Program-made: the position numbers and the translations under genes | The notes under the pieces: model-generated | Seen by the model: only the letters and a program-made list of their open reading frames with translations | Told to the model about the DNA's origin: nothing | The model's database searches: none | Assembly (NCBI RefSeq): GCF_001194135.2 | Contig: NC_068981.1 | Span: 11,035,095-11,099,094, forward strand | Length of the DNA stretch: 64,000 bases | DNA from: Octopus bimaculoides | Lineage: Eukaryota | Direction of reading: 5' to 3' | In this document: piece after piece, positions 25,107-38,890 of the stretch | How the letters are laid out: each line of letters begins with the position of its first letter | Numbering within the stretch: the stretch's first letter is position 1

Positions 25107-25270
25107 CGTGTGTCTGTGTTTGTCCCCACCCATCATCGCTTGAAAACTGATGTTGGTGTGTTTACGTCCCCGTAAATTAGCGGTTCGGCAAAACAGACCG
25201 ACAGGATAAGTACTAGGCTTACAAAGAATAAGTCCTGGGGTCGATTTGCTCGACTGAAAGAAATAAAAGA
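24914..25270 (+). mobile_element. tRNA-derived SINE, well preserved (same family as 13172)
   Basis: GTGGCTGTGTGGTGAG...GGGTTCAGTCCCACTGCGTGGCACCTTGGG...GAAAGAAGCCCGTCG(TA)n...CCTGGGGTCGATTTGCTCGACT. Confidence 0.9.
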
Positions 25271-26434
25271 ATAATAGAATAAATATGTATATATCCCTTA
25301 TATTGTCTCTTCGTCTATTTGTCTCTCGCGTTATCTATCCTCTATTTATACAAATATTCAAATCATATCATATCCTTGTCAATGTGTCTCTCTCGTTATC
25401 TATCCTGCTATATATGTGTGTGTGGGGTATACGCGCGCGATGGGGTGTGCATGTGTGTGTATGTATATATATATATATGATTAATGATATCAGAGTAATA
25501 AGAAATATTAGAAATTTCTACTACCATTAGCCGAGCGTGTAAAAAATTTAGTCAATAGACTATATATTATTCATATAAATATAAATACACCGTATTTATA
25601 TGAATTATATATATATATATATATATATATATCCATCGTATATCGGTTCCTCTCCTGCTATTTATGTATATAAACATAATGTGTTTTTGTCAATCTGTCT
25701 CGTAATTATTTGGCATCATATTTTTTCTTTCTCTCTTTCTATGTCATCTAATTCATCTATCTATTAATCTATTCTGTCTATCATTCCATCTTTTTGTTAA
25801 TGTCTGCACTTTTCTATCTAACCTATCTACAATTACATATAACCTTTTTATTGCTTCGCCTTGTTTCTCCTCTTCTCTTAAGCTCATCCTTGTCTGTTCT
25901 CTATACCATTCAGCAACAATGCCCACGTTTAGTCTAGGCACTATTCAAAAATAGACAAAATTACATACATGAAAAAATAAACTTTTCTATTTGTCTATAT
26001 GTGTCGATATCAACTATTTATATGTCATATAATTTGTCATCTAGTCTAAAACCAATAAATTTTTTTTTTAATATACATATATATGATAAAATGAATAAAA
26101 GCAAAATAATATTATCTTACGAAAATATACTTTAATTTATATGTGGTTTCAATACTGTCCCCGCCACCAGAAAAATAAATTAAGAGAGAAAATGTAAAGA
26201 AGCAAATTTATTATTGACTCATTTTAATGAAACTCTACGAAAGCCAAACATATGCACAAACTGAAACACAGCTTTTATGTATGTATCAAGTCAGGTATGT
26301 AGATATACACGTAGCTATACGCATGTTTCTACTTGTACGCATGTGTACACATACGCAAAAGTATGTTATAGTAAATTTGTTATATTTTGTGTGAATATAC
26401 CAATACGTACACACGCATATGTGTATATAAGTGA

Positions 26435-26513
<79 letters not shown>

Positions 26514-26814
26514 GATGTATACGCTTATATATATATATATATATAGTCTTGGTTTTCTGGTAGTGTAAAACCTATTATTGTACGTGAATGTAATGTAGGT
26601 TATCAACACAGTTTAGGACAATATATATAATATTGTGTATGCTAAATCACATGTACTTTAGACACCCAGATCTAGGATTAATGCTTGCTGTTATTTTTTA
26701 ACACTTTACGTCAGTGTAAATAGAAGAGTCTCTGGGTGACATTTCGCTATGCTCGGGTATCTATTTGACGAGAAATCTATGAAACGGATAAGGAGAAACT
26801 CGTATGTGATCTGA

Positions 26815-26955
26815 TGTGGAGAGAGAGGGAGAGCGAGAGAAAGAGGAGGAGGAGAGAAAGGGGAGAGAGTAAAGGAGAGAGAGGATGGAGGGATGGAGGG
26901 AGAGGTAGAACGAGAAGGAGAAGGGAGTAGCAAGAAGAGCGCAAGGGAGAGGAAG
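26815..26955. repeat. Polypurine (GA-rich) low-complexity tract
   Basis: Seen directly. Confidence 0.85.
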
Positions 26956-29398
26956 TAAAATATTAAAGCAGGGCGCTATTTTAAGACATGATTGAGGGCG
27001 TAGATATGTTAAATGTTATAACGACCAACTACAACTTATTTCGTATGAAGTTCGAGAAGCGACAGTAAACTGATCTAGAAAAGCAGAATGACTGGAGTTT
27101 ACTAAACTTGTTTAAGCGTCGCTGTTTAAATGATAGATTATTAAGTTCATTTTTTCTTATTCGCGGTATTTATGAAAATATAATTGTTTCGCAGTTATTC
27201 AATAACATAAAGGACAGACATATATCATTAGAATTATCTAGACGTTTCATCATTTTGTAATTTTATTAAAGAAAGTGATTGTTAATGTTATTAGATTTAA
27301 ATTGGCGTCATAGTTCTTCTTTATCTTTCATCATTGCATATTGAAAGGAAGAAATGGAGATGAGGAATGTGTGAAATACGGAAGTAAAACAAAAGAGTAA
27401 GAGGAATGAGAATCGAAGAATGAAAATACAAAGAAGAAAGTTAAAACAATGACGAACAGTAATGAAGAGAAAAGTTGAAAGATGGTGAAGTTTAATGATA
27501 ATAGAAAGTACATTAAACGAAAGAATTAATAGCGAAAGCGATTTAATGAGTAAAAGAAGAAAGATCATAATAATATAGAAAATAATAAAGATAATATTAA
27601 TTATACAGATGAAATGCTGTAATACGATCGCCATTAGCATTTGGCATATTTTATCTTCAATTTCTAAATCATGTTTTATGAAAATTGGAGTGCGTTCCAG
27701 ATATGAAAATAGTATACACAGTAGTTTCTTTAATACGAAGATAAATTAGCTGAGTGTGGAAAGTTTTGCAATTGTCTGATTCACGAAGAAGTGGTGGGGG
27801 AAGCTGAAATCCAACTCATTTCTATTATTTGTTTCGTATGTAGATTTTATTCTAATACAATTTACAAAATTGTTGAAAATAAGTTCTCTGATCTTCTGGG
27901 TATGATAAATGCGATAGATATGCAACGCATTTAATGGAAGATGCATAATCATTCGTTTGGAGTCACAAAACTATGGAAGATTATAGTAACATATTTATAT
28001 TTAATACATTTTCTCAACTGAAACGATGTGAATATGGCCACTGGAGTTAGCATTAATGTATATTTCAATATTTGACCATATCACAGATTCAATAAAAGGT
28101 CTTACCCTTTTACTACCAGATACGTCAAGCAAGGATGACTTTTAAACCCAGCTTCAGTGCACAAAATAATCTTGATGGATTCATATGCGACCCCTGAATT
28201 GAGAAAGCTATGTTTCATTCCCAAACACCCTTTCTATACTAATTCTAATCATGAACTTATTCTCCTAATTATATTTCAGAAATTTGCAACTAGAGAGGAG
28301 AGGAAAAACACAAAAATAGAGCAAAACAGAAATATATGAGACAATCGAAATTAAACAGTGAAACATTGAGGAAAATTTAGATCATAATCCAATTATGGTA
28401 TACAACGGCAGTCATGGAGATCTATATCGTATAGGCAGATGCTCTAACTTCAACATATTACCACACAGCTGTTAAGGATTCAGTCGATCTACGATGGGTG
28501 TCTCCATTGTATGATTGATCGGAAGAATACAAGATATATTCATTGGTCATTACAACTGACATAATTTTCAGTAGAAAACATGTTTTCCAATGTTGTTCTT
28601 GAGTTTAGACAATGGTAAAGAATTTCCGATTACTTATTTGATCAATGTGCGTATAATATAATACATTTCATCGAAACGCAAGTATACATCAGTGACTAAA
28701 CAGTAAGTTTTCAAAGTGTTAAAATTGTAGAATAGAATATACGACTCATGTACGATTCAACTTGGCTTTTCTTTCGCAAACGTGTAGAATGTGCTGCCGT
28801 TTTATTTCAAAACGACATTCGTCTGTTTAAAACGAATCGCATAGCCTTAAATATTCTGAAATTCCTACTTGAAATAAATTTGCAATTCTGAAACATTATG
28901 GTAAAATTCCCCCTTGAACATATTGAAATGTGTGACAGTTTTCTTGTCTGCAAGCCATCATAACATAAATTTTAACATTTGCAATCATAAGTGCATAAAA
29001 AAACAGAAACAAGCTACATAAAAAGCCAATATAATGTGAATTATTGGCGGTAAAAGAAACAAATATATTACCTCTAGCAAGGAAGAATCCATCTTGAAAT
29101 CTTTCTCACTCATAATTTAATCCACAATTAATTATACTGAAACGTATGTTCTTCCTGCTAGGAGAAAATACTTTTGCATAAATGGTTTTAGGTTTATTGC
29201 ATTCCTCTCAAGCAAACTATCTGCTGTACATTTCTGTATAAACATTAGTAATTTGCTTTCTTCACCAATATATGACTTTATATTCCTGTTTGTACTGGGA
29301 CTGTTAATGTTTAGTATATATTTACGCTTATATTTCGTTTTCACTGAATGTTCTCCAACTATATTATTTATTTTTTCTTCCTTTCTTTTCTTTCTCTT

Positions 29399-29442
<44 letters not shown>

Positions 29443-29980
29443 ATTCCCCCTTTCTTTCTATCTTTCTTTCTTATTGTATCCCTCTCTTTTACTCTCCCTC
29501 TCCCAACAATACAACGATGTTATGGTTATGACTAAAAGTTGTACTATCTGTTGGAGACTTGCTACACTTTCCACGCTCAGCAAATAAAAATAGACGTTTT
29601 CCCACGCTGATCATAACAATGATAAATAAAACTGCTGGATATTAGCAGTAGGAATATTAGTTATCCACTACCTCACACTTGCCATATTCTGTTCGTGCTT
29701 TTGTCTATAATTTGTCTGCAAAGACACCCCGCCTATTATTTGCACAAACCATAAATGATTTTCTTTTCATTTTTATGCACTCAATGTACAGGAACTCGGT
29801 ATAGCAGGACAATCAAATATAGAAATGCTTATTGTTCGCTATAATTTCCATTTATTAAACAACTGTTGTTTGAAAACTGACAGGGCTGTCTAATTTTTGA
29901 TTTTGTTTTTGAATTGTCTTGGAGTTGGAGCTATGAAAACAGTACCTGAGTTAAAGCCTTGCCTTGGATATTATATTATA

Positions 29981-30012
<32 letters not shown>

Positions 30013-30469
30013 AAAAACCATGACAATAAATATAACCACAATAGTAATAGTAATAGTATTAAACAGGGTTAAGTCGTCAGTCAACAGTCTAATGACAATG
30101 TAAATATTACAGTTTTCATTGTGAGGTTTACAGATCGTCTGTTGTCTCAAAAGAGACATATATGCAGCTTAGAGCTTATAAATAGCAATCAGAATTGGAT
30201 AATATTAAAACGGTGATGTATAAAATGCTGTGGATAACATAATGCTTTGGATAAGTATAATGCTTCTAAAGAAAGATGTTGCTGCTAAGAGGCGGAAATC
30301 CGTTTGAATTCGGTGAAGTGCGTTAACTGTTCCTTATCTCCATTCGACATCTCTATGTCTTGTATACCACCTCCGCACTTGTTGAGTGGAGTTGAGACAA
30401 TTATAGAAATCATTAATAAAATAGCATTAATGTGGTAGGCTAGGAGAACTGTTAGAGTGTCGGAACAAC

Positions 30470-31055
30470 TGCTTTGCGGTATTTCTTCCAATTTATTACT
30501 GAGTTCAAATTCTACCTGGAGTCGGTTTTGTTTTTTATCTCTTCCCTGGTGTCAATAAAATAAATTACCAATCCAGTACTAGGGTTCGTAATATCGACAT
30601 TACCCTACTTTTAAAATTGCTGGCTTCTTGCCAAAATTTAAAATTATTATTACTAATAGGATGAAGGCGGTAAGCTGGCAGAATCGGTAGAGCGCTGGAC
30701 GAAATGCTTAGCCGTATTTCGCCCGTCGCTACTTTCTGAGTTCAAATTCCGCCGAGGTGAACTTTGCCTTTCATCCTTTCAGGGTCGATAAAATACGTAC
30801 CAGTTGACCACTGGGGTTGATGTAATCGACTCCCCCCTAACCACCCAAGCTGCCCGTATAGCAAAAAACTGAATTAATTATTACTAATAGGATGAAGGCA
30901 GCGAGCTGACAGAATAGATAACATGCCGTGCAAAAGGTTTAGCTGCAGTTCATCCGGCTTTGCATTCTGTGTTCAAATTCTGCCAAGGTCAGCTTTGTCT
31001 CTTATCTTTTCGGGGACGATATAATAAGTACCAGCCAAGTATTGGAGTTGATGAA
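30470..31055 (+). mobile_element. Three head-to-tail SINE copies (GGCGGCGAGCTGGCAG family): old (about 30470-30640), young (30664-30870) and old (30895-31055)
   Basis: Each has GAGTTCAAATT (B box) and the ..GTCGATAAAAT..GTACCAG body; the middle copy is closest to the other window copies. Confidence 0.8.
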
Positions 31056-31219
31056 AGCTAAGTGTCCCCAGAAACACGAAGAGGAGGGGATAGAAAAAGA
31101 ACAAGAAGAAGAGGAGGTTTCAACCGTAGAAAAGCAAAGTATGGAAGAACAGTATACAGTGGTGAAGAGGAAGTAGAGTAACGCGGACCGACCATCAAAA
31201 AGTCGTAAGAAGAAAGGAA

Positions 31220-31386
31220 AAGGAAATGGAGTGGAGACGCAGAGCGTGGAACAAGGAAATGGAGTGGAGGGCAGAGCGTGGAACAAGGAAATGGAGTGGA
31301 GGGCAGAGCGTGGAACAAGGAAATGGAGTGGAGGGCAGAGCGTGGAACAAGGCAATGGAGTGGAGGGCAGAGCGTGGAACAAGGAA
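31220..31386 (+). repeat. 32-bp minisatellite x5 (AAGGAAATGGAGTGGAGGGCAGAGCGTGGAAC)
   Basis: Contiguous, near-identical units without spacers, inside a purine-rich stretch (31060-31600). Confidence 0.95.
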
Positions 31387-31598
31387 AAACGAAAGAGCAG
31401 AGAAAAAAATGAAAGGAAAACAAAAGTAAGTGAAGGGGCCGAGGAGCGAAGACAGAAACCTTTACCAACGATCAGTAAGGAGGAGAAAGTACAGAAGGAA
31501 AAAGGAAAAGGAAGATGAAAGAGAAATGATAACATTCAAGAATGAGAGACATACAGAGATAGAAATACCAGCAACAGTAGAAGAGATTGGTGAAGACA

Positions 31599-31646
<48 letters not shown>

Positions 31647-31787
31647 CATCGAAAGGAAAACAAGTAATAAATATGATATAATACACAAAAAGTGTGGAGA
31701 TAGAAAAAAGATTGCGAAAATGAAGGATGTAATTAGAATTAAATTGCCATCCAACGAGAACAGTGTAGGTTTGGAAGCTGTTCTGCT

Positions 31788-31835
<48 letters not shown>

Positions 31836-33512
31836 GAAAGGTTAAAGGAATTGTTTGCTGAAAAGTTAGAAGTGACACCGGTACAATATCGTTTTGATGA
31901 ATTGCCGCCGGTAGTGGCATTCGAAGATTTAATGAAGTACTTGGCATAAATGAGGGCAAATGAGGAAATTTAAGAACTGAATAATTAGTAGCTTTGTGTA
32001 AATTTAGAAAAAAAAGAGGAAAGAAAGGGAAAACCAACAGATACAAGACAGAATATTGAACTGTTGGTAAAACGTTATATAAAAACAGTAAAATGAAACT
32101 GCCTGCTCATGCGGTGGGGGTGCAGGTAAGTCATTCCCTCCTCTTTTTTCATTGTATCCTTAATTTCATACGATATGTGTTTTTATGTACCCTATTGTTT
32201 TGTTTTGTATGTACTTGTATTGTCCCCTCTTTTTAAGAGCCATGTGCTCAATGAAAGAAATTAGGACGTTGGTGTTACCTTGGCGGAGGTTTGCACTCTC
32301 TGAGTGCTCTTGTTTATTATTGTAGCACAGGACAAAAATAATGTGACGTGACACCAATCATAGCTAGCGATTGATTTTAATTTTGAAGGAATAATCTTTT
32401 TTAAAAAATTAGATCTGGTGTTATTTAACTCAGAAAAGAGGTAGAACAGAGATAACTAGTGAAAGAGAGTGCTCTACACTTGTGCAATATAATTGACTCA
32501 TAATTTAGGGAAGCTGTATTACATCTGTGGGTTTGAGGTACTGTCAACTGAGTCTGTCCTAATATTCTACTGTAATTTTAATTTTAGCGATCCTCAGAAA
32601 ATACAGACGAAGATTAACACTGATGAGATTTTAACTAAAGAATTAAAGGGACCATGAAATATAGACCGGGAAGTTTCCATTACTGCATTTCCTATATCAT
32701 AGTGACATAATAAGAAATATTCTAGAATTAATATCAATCTAGAAAATGTTATCGACAAAATCAATAATTTCAGAAGTTGTTTGCTGTCGTAGTAAATTTT
32801 AGTAGTAACACGACAATTATGAATATATATCCACAAGCTGATATAAAAGTACAATGTATCATGCGGGTATCTTTTGTTTTAAATACTTTTGCAGCAAGGA
32901 TGCAGTCTCCCGTTAAAAACAGATAACCTCATGTAATGACATATCTCAATTGATTTCTCGTATGGCATTTGCATCAACGCTGGTTATCGTATAAAGTCTG
33001 CTTGTTAAAGCTTTGGACGTGTCTGTCTTGAATAGTGCTTATTCAAGCGTATCTATGTTAATTCATGGAAAAACAAACGGAATGAAATTAACCTCGCTGC
33101 CCAGAAACATGATTTATCATGCCACTGATGATAGCCGTGATGTTGTGGTAAGTTTTATAGGTTTTTATAAAACGATATGCTCTGTCCTCTTTCGATTAAC
33201 AACTGAAATTGTTTTTATCATACCCGTTCCAGCTTCGCACCTTCAACAAATACACGCCTTCCAATAACGCCATATTTGCTTCCTAAAATGCATGAATAAA
33301 CATATTCTGTTCTGTAATAGGGAGTTTGTAGATTAGAAACAATGTCTTATAATCAGTTAAATCAAACATATTGTTTTACTGGCGATCTGGAGTGATAAAC
33401 ATATTAATACATTATCTCTACTAGTGGCTTTTAAACATAGAAAGTGAAGGTGCAATATTAAATATTACAAGTCATTATTGTTTGGCCTCCTCTGCCTTTC
33501 CCTGAACAGACA

Positions 33513-33579
<67 letters not shown>

Positions 33580-33959
33580 GTCCCTTCTTTTCTACTTCTA
33601 TTATTTGTTGAATGACTTGCTAAAATAATTGGACAACTTGCTGCAAATCTAATCTACATTCCGAATACAAGGACATAGATGTTGTTGAACTAGTTATATC
33701 ACAAAAATTAAGGTGATCTCAACTGGAATGCCTTTTAGCATTTGGATATATATTCAGTCTGAATTGACAAGAGGCGAAACCATAACACTGTTAACCCTCA
33801 AAGTTTCTGAATATAACAGCCATGAAAACAGAACAATATCGTAATTAAGTAAATGGATACAATCAAATTCGCACTTGCTGTGCAAGCAAGACACCGAGAA
33901 GGGACAAATTGAGAGTGTATAATAAAAACAGTGATTTGAATAGAATTTGTCACTAACAA

Positions 33960-34985
33960 CGTGATTCGCTTACGTGATACGGCCAGCGAGAGACAAGGAT
34001 GAGGTTAATATATTGGTCAACTCAGGTCACGTGGTGTTAATGCTGCGGAGTCGATATAGTTCCTTTATTCTTAGGCCCTTGTGCTTGGCTAGGGTTTGGT
34101 TAGAAGTTGCTGCCACTATGGCAAGAAGTAGTTTTATAGTGCATCTCGTAACATCACTTCCCTGTAGTCTTAGTATCGAGGGTTCGTACTTGGTGTTCCT
34201 TCAGTGTGGCATTAACGTATTAGCGGCATAAGTTTATACGTGAGAGTGACTAAATTTGATGATGTTAGGTTAAAATCACGTCTACGTGATCAGTTTGGGC
34301 GGGACTGTAGTTTACACGGACAACAGACATTAAATAGTCTACACTTGTGTAGGGAACGGTCAGGCATGGAGTCGTATATTCAGATTGTCAGTTCATTAAG
34401 AAGGAGTACTTATGGTTGCCCCAATAATATTTATGATGGCAACATTCTTTCCGTTGGTGGAGACTGTCGGTTGGTCGAGTATGTATAGTTTCTCGAGGAG
34501 ACAGACTTAGCAATTGCGAGTTCTGGGTGAGTAAAGTGGGGCGCCTATCAATGAGGCCCCATTTAATATCCTGATGGTCGCGAAATATCCTGTTAAAGGG
34601 GACAGGGAGGTGGACGTTTCCCCATTCCCGCGCCTGAAGGTGTACGAAGGTCATGCATTCCTTCCTTTAAAGTTATCGGCTGTTATGCCTGTGTAGAATC
34701 TTGTGATGCTATTGCATGATGTGAGGGTGGCTTTAGAAGCAACAGCTTTGTGAAGCAGTTTTCTTTCAGTAGAGAGTTGGTAGGATTTCAACAATTGCAG
34801 GCTAGAGTGTAGATTCGTGGTTGTGTATAGGTGTGAGCTATTGAAGTATGCGATGTTTGAACCGATGTTCTGTAAGCGGGAGTAACTAACCTTAGCAATG
34901 TGGAGATTGTAGAGTTCATAAATCTAAAGGGTTCTAGAGATATGTATCTAATTAGCGTCGGGAACATCCTCATTCGATCTCTTTC
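33960..34985 (-). mobile_element. Decayed Penelope-like element: GIY-YIG domain and 3' region
   Basis: Minus strand, frameshifted: AKVSYSRLQNIGS, ACNC*NP, RFYTGITADNFKGR, APLYSP..RNC*VCLLEKLYIL, matching the KVSYSC..CNC..Y.G.T..FK.R..C.LCL.EK..I pattern of PLE endonucleases. Confidence 0.7.
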
Positions 34986-35222
34986 AAATATTATGCGCAG
35001 AGTTTCGTTCAATACTGATGCAGAATTGAGAGCTTCGCTAGATGAATTTTTCGAGTCAAAATCGGGTGATTTCTACCAACGAGGTATTGAAAATCTTGTT
35101 AAACGTTGGGAAGAAGTTGTAAACAACTAGCGTGAATACATTATTAATTATTTTTTATTTTTTATTAAACCTTTAAAAAAATTTAAATTTAAAAACCGGC
35201 GGGAATTTAGTTGCAAACCTAA
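34986..35222 (+). mobile_element. Mariner 3' end with right TIR
   Basis: VSFNTDAELRASLDEFFESKSGDFYQRGIENLVKRWEEVVNN and TIR ...CCGGCGGGAATTTAGTTGCAAACCTAA; same family as 42200-43346. Confidence 0.9.
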
Positions 35223-37459
35223 CATATATATATTGTTGCATTTGGGGATGGTCTTGTTGTCAGTTTAGCCAATAAAAAACACACGCACTATATATTTGGT
35301 GTTCACTTGTTTCAGCTTTANNNNNNNNNNNNNNNNNNNNNNNNNNNNNNNNNNNNNNNNNNNNNNNNNNNNNNNNNNNNNNNNNNNNNNNNNNNNNNNN
35401 NNNNNNNNNNNNNNNNNNNNNNNNNNNNNNNNNNNNNNNNNNNNNNNNNNNNNNNNNNNNNNNNNNNNNNNNNNNNNNNNNNNNNNNNNNNNNNNNNNNN
35501 NNNNNNNNNNNNNNNNNNNNNNNNNNNNNNNNNNNNNNNNNNNNNNNNNNNNNNNNNNNNNNNNNNNNNNNNNNNNNNNNNNNNNNNNNNNNNNNNNNNN
35601 NNNNNNNNNNNNNNNNNNNNNNNNNNNNNNNNNNNNNNNNNNNNNNNNNNNNNNNNNNNNNNNNNNNNNNNNNNNNNNNNNNNNNNNNNNNNNNNNNNNN
35701 NNNNNNNNNNNNNNNNNNNNNNNNNNNNNNNNNNNNNNNNNNNNNNNNNNNNNNNNNNNNNNNNNNNNNNNNNNNNNNNNNNNNNNNNNNNNNNNNNNNN
35801 NNNNNNNNNNNNNNNNNNNNNNNNNNNNNNNNNNNNNNNNNNNNNNNNNNNNNNNNNNNNNNNNNNNNNNNNNNNNNNNNNNNNNNNNNNNNNNNNNNNN
35901 NNNNNNNNNNNNNNNNNNNNNNNNNNNNNNNNNNNNNNNNNNNNNNNNNNNNNNNNNNNNNNNNNNNNNNNNNNNNNNNNNNNNNNNNNNNNNNNNNNNN
36001 NNNNNNNNNNNNNNNNNNNNNNNNNNNNNNNNNNNNNNNNATATATATGTAAATATACACATATTTATTCATATACATATGTATATATGGATATATATAC
36101 ATGTGTGTATAAATATGAATAAATATACATGATATACATGTGCGCGCGCGTGCTTCTGGGTGTGGGGGTTTATGAAATGGAAAATATTAATCTGCACACC
36201 ATTATACTATAATGACTCGAAAATATATTCCCTGTACACCACAGAAAAAATACCACCTAATTATACAAGCACACGCACACACAGCCGGACATCCGCACGC
36301 ACTCACACATATATGCGTGCTTATACACAGAGGAGAATCATGGATTGCAGAATGAATAATTTTGCATTACGGGAGCAATAAACATGTTATGAGTATGATG
36401 CATACGTGTGATGGTGTAATTTAATAATAGCCTGCAAACAACTTCTCATGTTTTGTTTATTTATACGTAGATACATACCTATATATATATATATATATGT
36501 GAAGCAAATATTTGCTGATCCCTAAATTATGTTTATAAATATATATGAACTTTTAAATAAGTTCTCCACCGATAATGGTGCTTACATACCGAAGGGCTTG
36601 GTAAAAATTATTAATTGTTGATTTATTAATAAATTAATAAATTGATAATCCTTTACCCTTTTAATTTGTATANNNNNNNNNNNNNNNNNNNNNNNNNNNN
36701 NNNNNNNNNNNNNNNNNNNNNNNNNNNNNNNNNNNNNNNNNNNNNNNNNNNNNNNNNNNNNNNNNNNNNNNNNNNNNNNNNNNNNNNNNNNNNNNNNNNN
36801 NNNNNNNNNNNNNNNNNNNNNNNNNNNNNNNNNNNNNNNNNNNNNNNNNNNNNNNNNNNNNNNNNNNNNNNNNNNNNNNNNNNNNNNNNNNNNNNNNNNN
36901 NNNNNNNNNNNNNNNNNNNNNNNNNNNNNNNNNNNNNNNNNNNNNNNNNNNNNNNNNNNNNNNNNNNNNNNNNNNNNNNNNNNNNNNNNNNNNNNNNNNN
37001 NNNNNNNNNNNNNNNNNNNNNNNNNNNNNNNNNNNNNNNNNNNNNNNNNNNNNNNNNNNNNNNNNNNNNNNNNNNNNNNNNNNNNNNNNNNNNNNNNNNN
37101 NNNNNNNNNNNNNNNNNNNNNNNNNNNNNNNNNNNNNNNNNNNNNNNNNNNNNNNNNNNNNNNNNNNNNNNNNNNNNNNNNNNNNNNNNNNNNNNNNNNN
37201 NNNNNNNNNNNNNNNNNNNNNNNNNNNNNNNNNNNNNNNNNNNNNNNNNNNNNNNNNNNNNNNNNNNNNNNNNNNNNNNNNNNNNNNNNNNNNNNNNNNN
37301 NNNNNNNNNNNNNNNNNNNNNNNNNNNNNNNNNNNNNTATATGTATATAATAGAAATATGGTACAAAAACAAAATAGAAACTACACGTGGAAATGTCAGG
37401 GGAAAGTAAGAAGAAAAATAAGCGAAACTGTGCTTTATGACGCTGGAAAGGACGTTTAT

Positions 37460-38535
37460 ATTGATTTTAAAGAGGAGCAGGTCCAAGACAGTCCCCTGAG
37501 GGACACCACTGGTACTTTTGCGGGGCTTTGGTGGATTTCACTAAACACAACATGTTATGTTCTGTTCTCCAGGAAATACTCAATCCAGTATAGAAGTTTC
37601 CCACGGATTCCAACATTTGACAATTTTGACAGTAGGATATTATGGTCAACTCTGTCGAACGCTTTACTGAAGTCAAGCTATATGACATCTGAGTTCGAAC
37701 CTGTTCTCAAGGCTTTAAGAATATCATCGATGTGGTATAAGAGCTGTGTTAGACACAGTGAAAGCCAAGCTGGTTTGAATTTAGGAATCTGAGGCTCTCC
37801 AGGAAGCAAGCCATCCTTGATCTCATCACTCTTTCAAACACTCTAATGATAAAGGAGTTGAGTGACGTTTGATGATAGTTAAATGCGAGGGATCTGTTTC
37901 CCTGTTTGAAAACCAGGATGACAGACTGAGATAAGTGCAGTTTAGGTATATGGCCTAAGTCTAAAGAATTTCTTCAGAGGTTGGTCGAAGTGTCTGCAAG
38001 TTGGTGTCTACATTACTTCAGGAGACTAGAGGGGAATCTATCAGGGCTCACAGCAGAATGTTATGATGTCTGGAGCAGTAAAGGTTATGTCTAAGATAAT
38101 AGTTTGGGAATCGACTTCGTTCACGCCCCTTACGTCTATCTCAATGGGATCACTAAAGACAGAGCAGTGTTGTTTCTGCAGTACCTCTACCATTTCGTTA
38201 GCATCGTGTTGGAGAATGCCGTTATCATCGATCAATGGACCAATGGGTGAGACAGCAGTCCTATTCTTATTTGCATATGAATAGAACGCTTGGGTTCTGT
38301 TTAACTTCTTTTGATTACCCAATGTTCCTCTGCAGCTCTTTGGTTTTCAATGAAGGTGTTCATGTTGGTCTGCAGATGAAGTTTTTAAAACTCCAGCTTT
38401 TTCCTTGATTTTGAATATTAATGTTGTATGTGGAAGTATTTTAATTGGTTGATCTTTTTTTATTAAGTCTTTTGATGCGCCTGATGAATGTTTTTTTCTC
38501 TGTAGGGAGCTTGTTTCTCATTGTGCTAGTGGATT
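37460..38535 (-). mobile_element. CR1-type LINE RT fragment, pseudogenised
   Basis: ORF 38041-38322 AFYSYANKNRTAVSPIGPLIDDNGILQHDANEMVEVLQKQHCSVFS, then LDFSKAFDRVDHNILLSKLSNVGIRGKLLYWIEYFL and a decayed SGVPQG..LGP. Runs into a gap at 38536. Confidence 0.85.
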
Positions 38536-38779
38536 NNNNNNNNNNNNNNNNNNNNNNNNNNNNNNNNNNNNNNNNNNNNNNNNNNNNNNNNNNNNNNNNN
38601 NNNNNNNNNNNNNNNNNNNNNNNNNNNNNNNNNNNNNNNNNNNNNNNNNNNNNNNNNNNNNNNNNNNNNNNNNNNNNNNNNNNNNNNNNNNNNNNNNNNN
38701 NNNNNNNNNNNNNNNNNNNNNNNNNNNNNNNNNNNNNNNNNNNNNNNNNNNNNNNNNNNNNNNNNNNNNNNNNNNNNNC

Positions 38780-38890
38780 GATTAAATAAGTACCAGTTAC
38801 GCACTGGGGTCGATATAATTGACTTAATCTGTTTGTCTGTCTTTGTTTGTCCCCTCTGTGTGTAGCCCCTTGTGGGTAGTAAAGAAATAA
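38780..38890 (+). mobile_element. SINE 3' portion emerging from a gap
   Basis: ATTAAATAAGTACCAGTTACGCACTGGGGTCGATATAATTGACTTAATC...GCCCCTTGTGGGTAGTAAAGAAATA. Confidence 0.75.

Noticed and set aside
28279-28400. Strong acceptor (CCTAAT...TTTCAG)
   Set aside because: All three frames stop within 20 codons and there is no clear donor; not supportable without RNA data.
31220-31386. 32-bp repeats as a CRISPR array
   Set aside because: No spacers, no cas genes and a eukaryotic context; the same applies to the 17-mer at 45368.
33011-33153. 137-nt open candidate exon ending at G|GTAAGT (also MKLPAHAVGVQ|GTAAGT near 32093-32131)
   Set aside because: Peptides not recognised; donors of this type occur at chance frequency.
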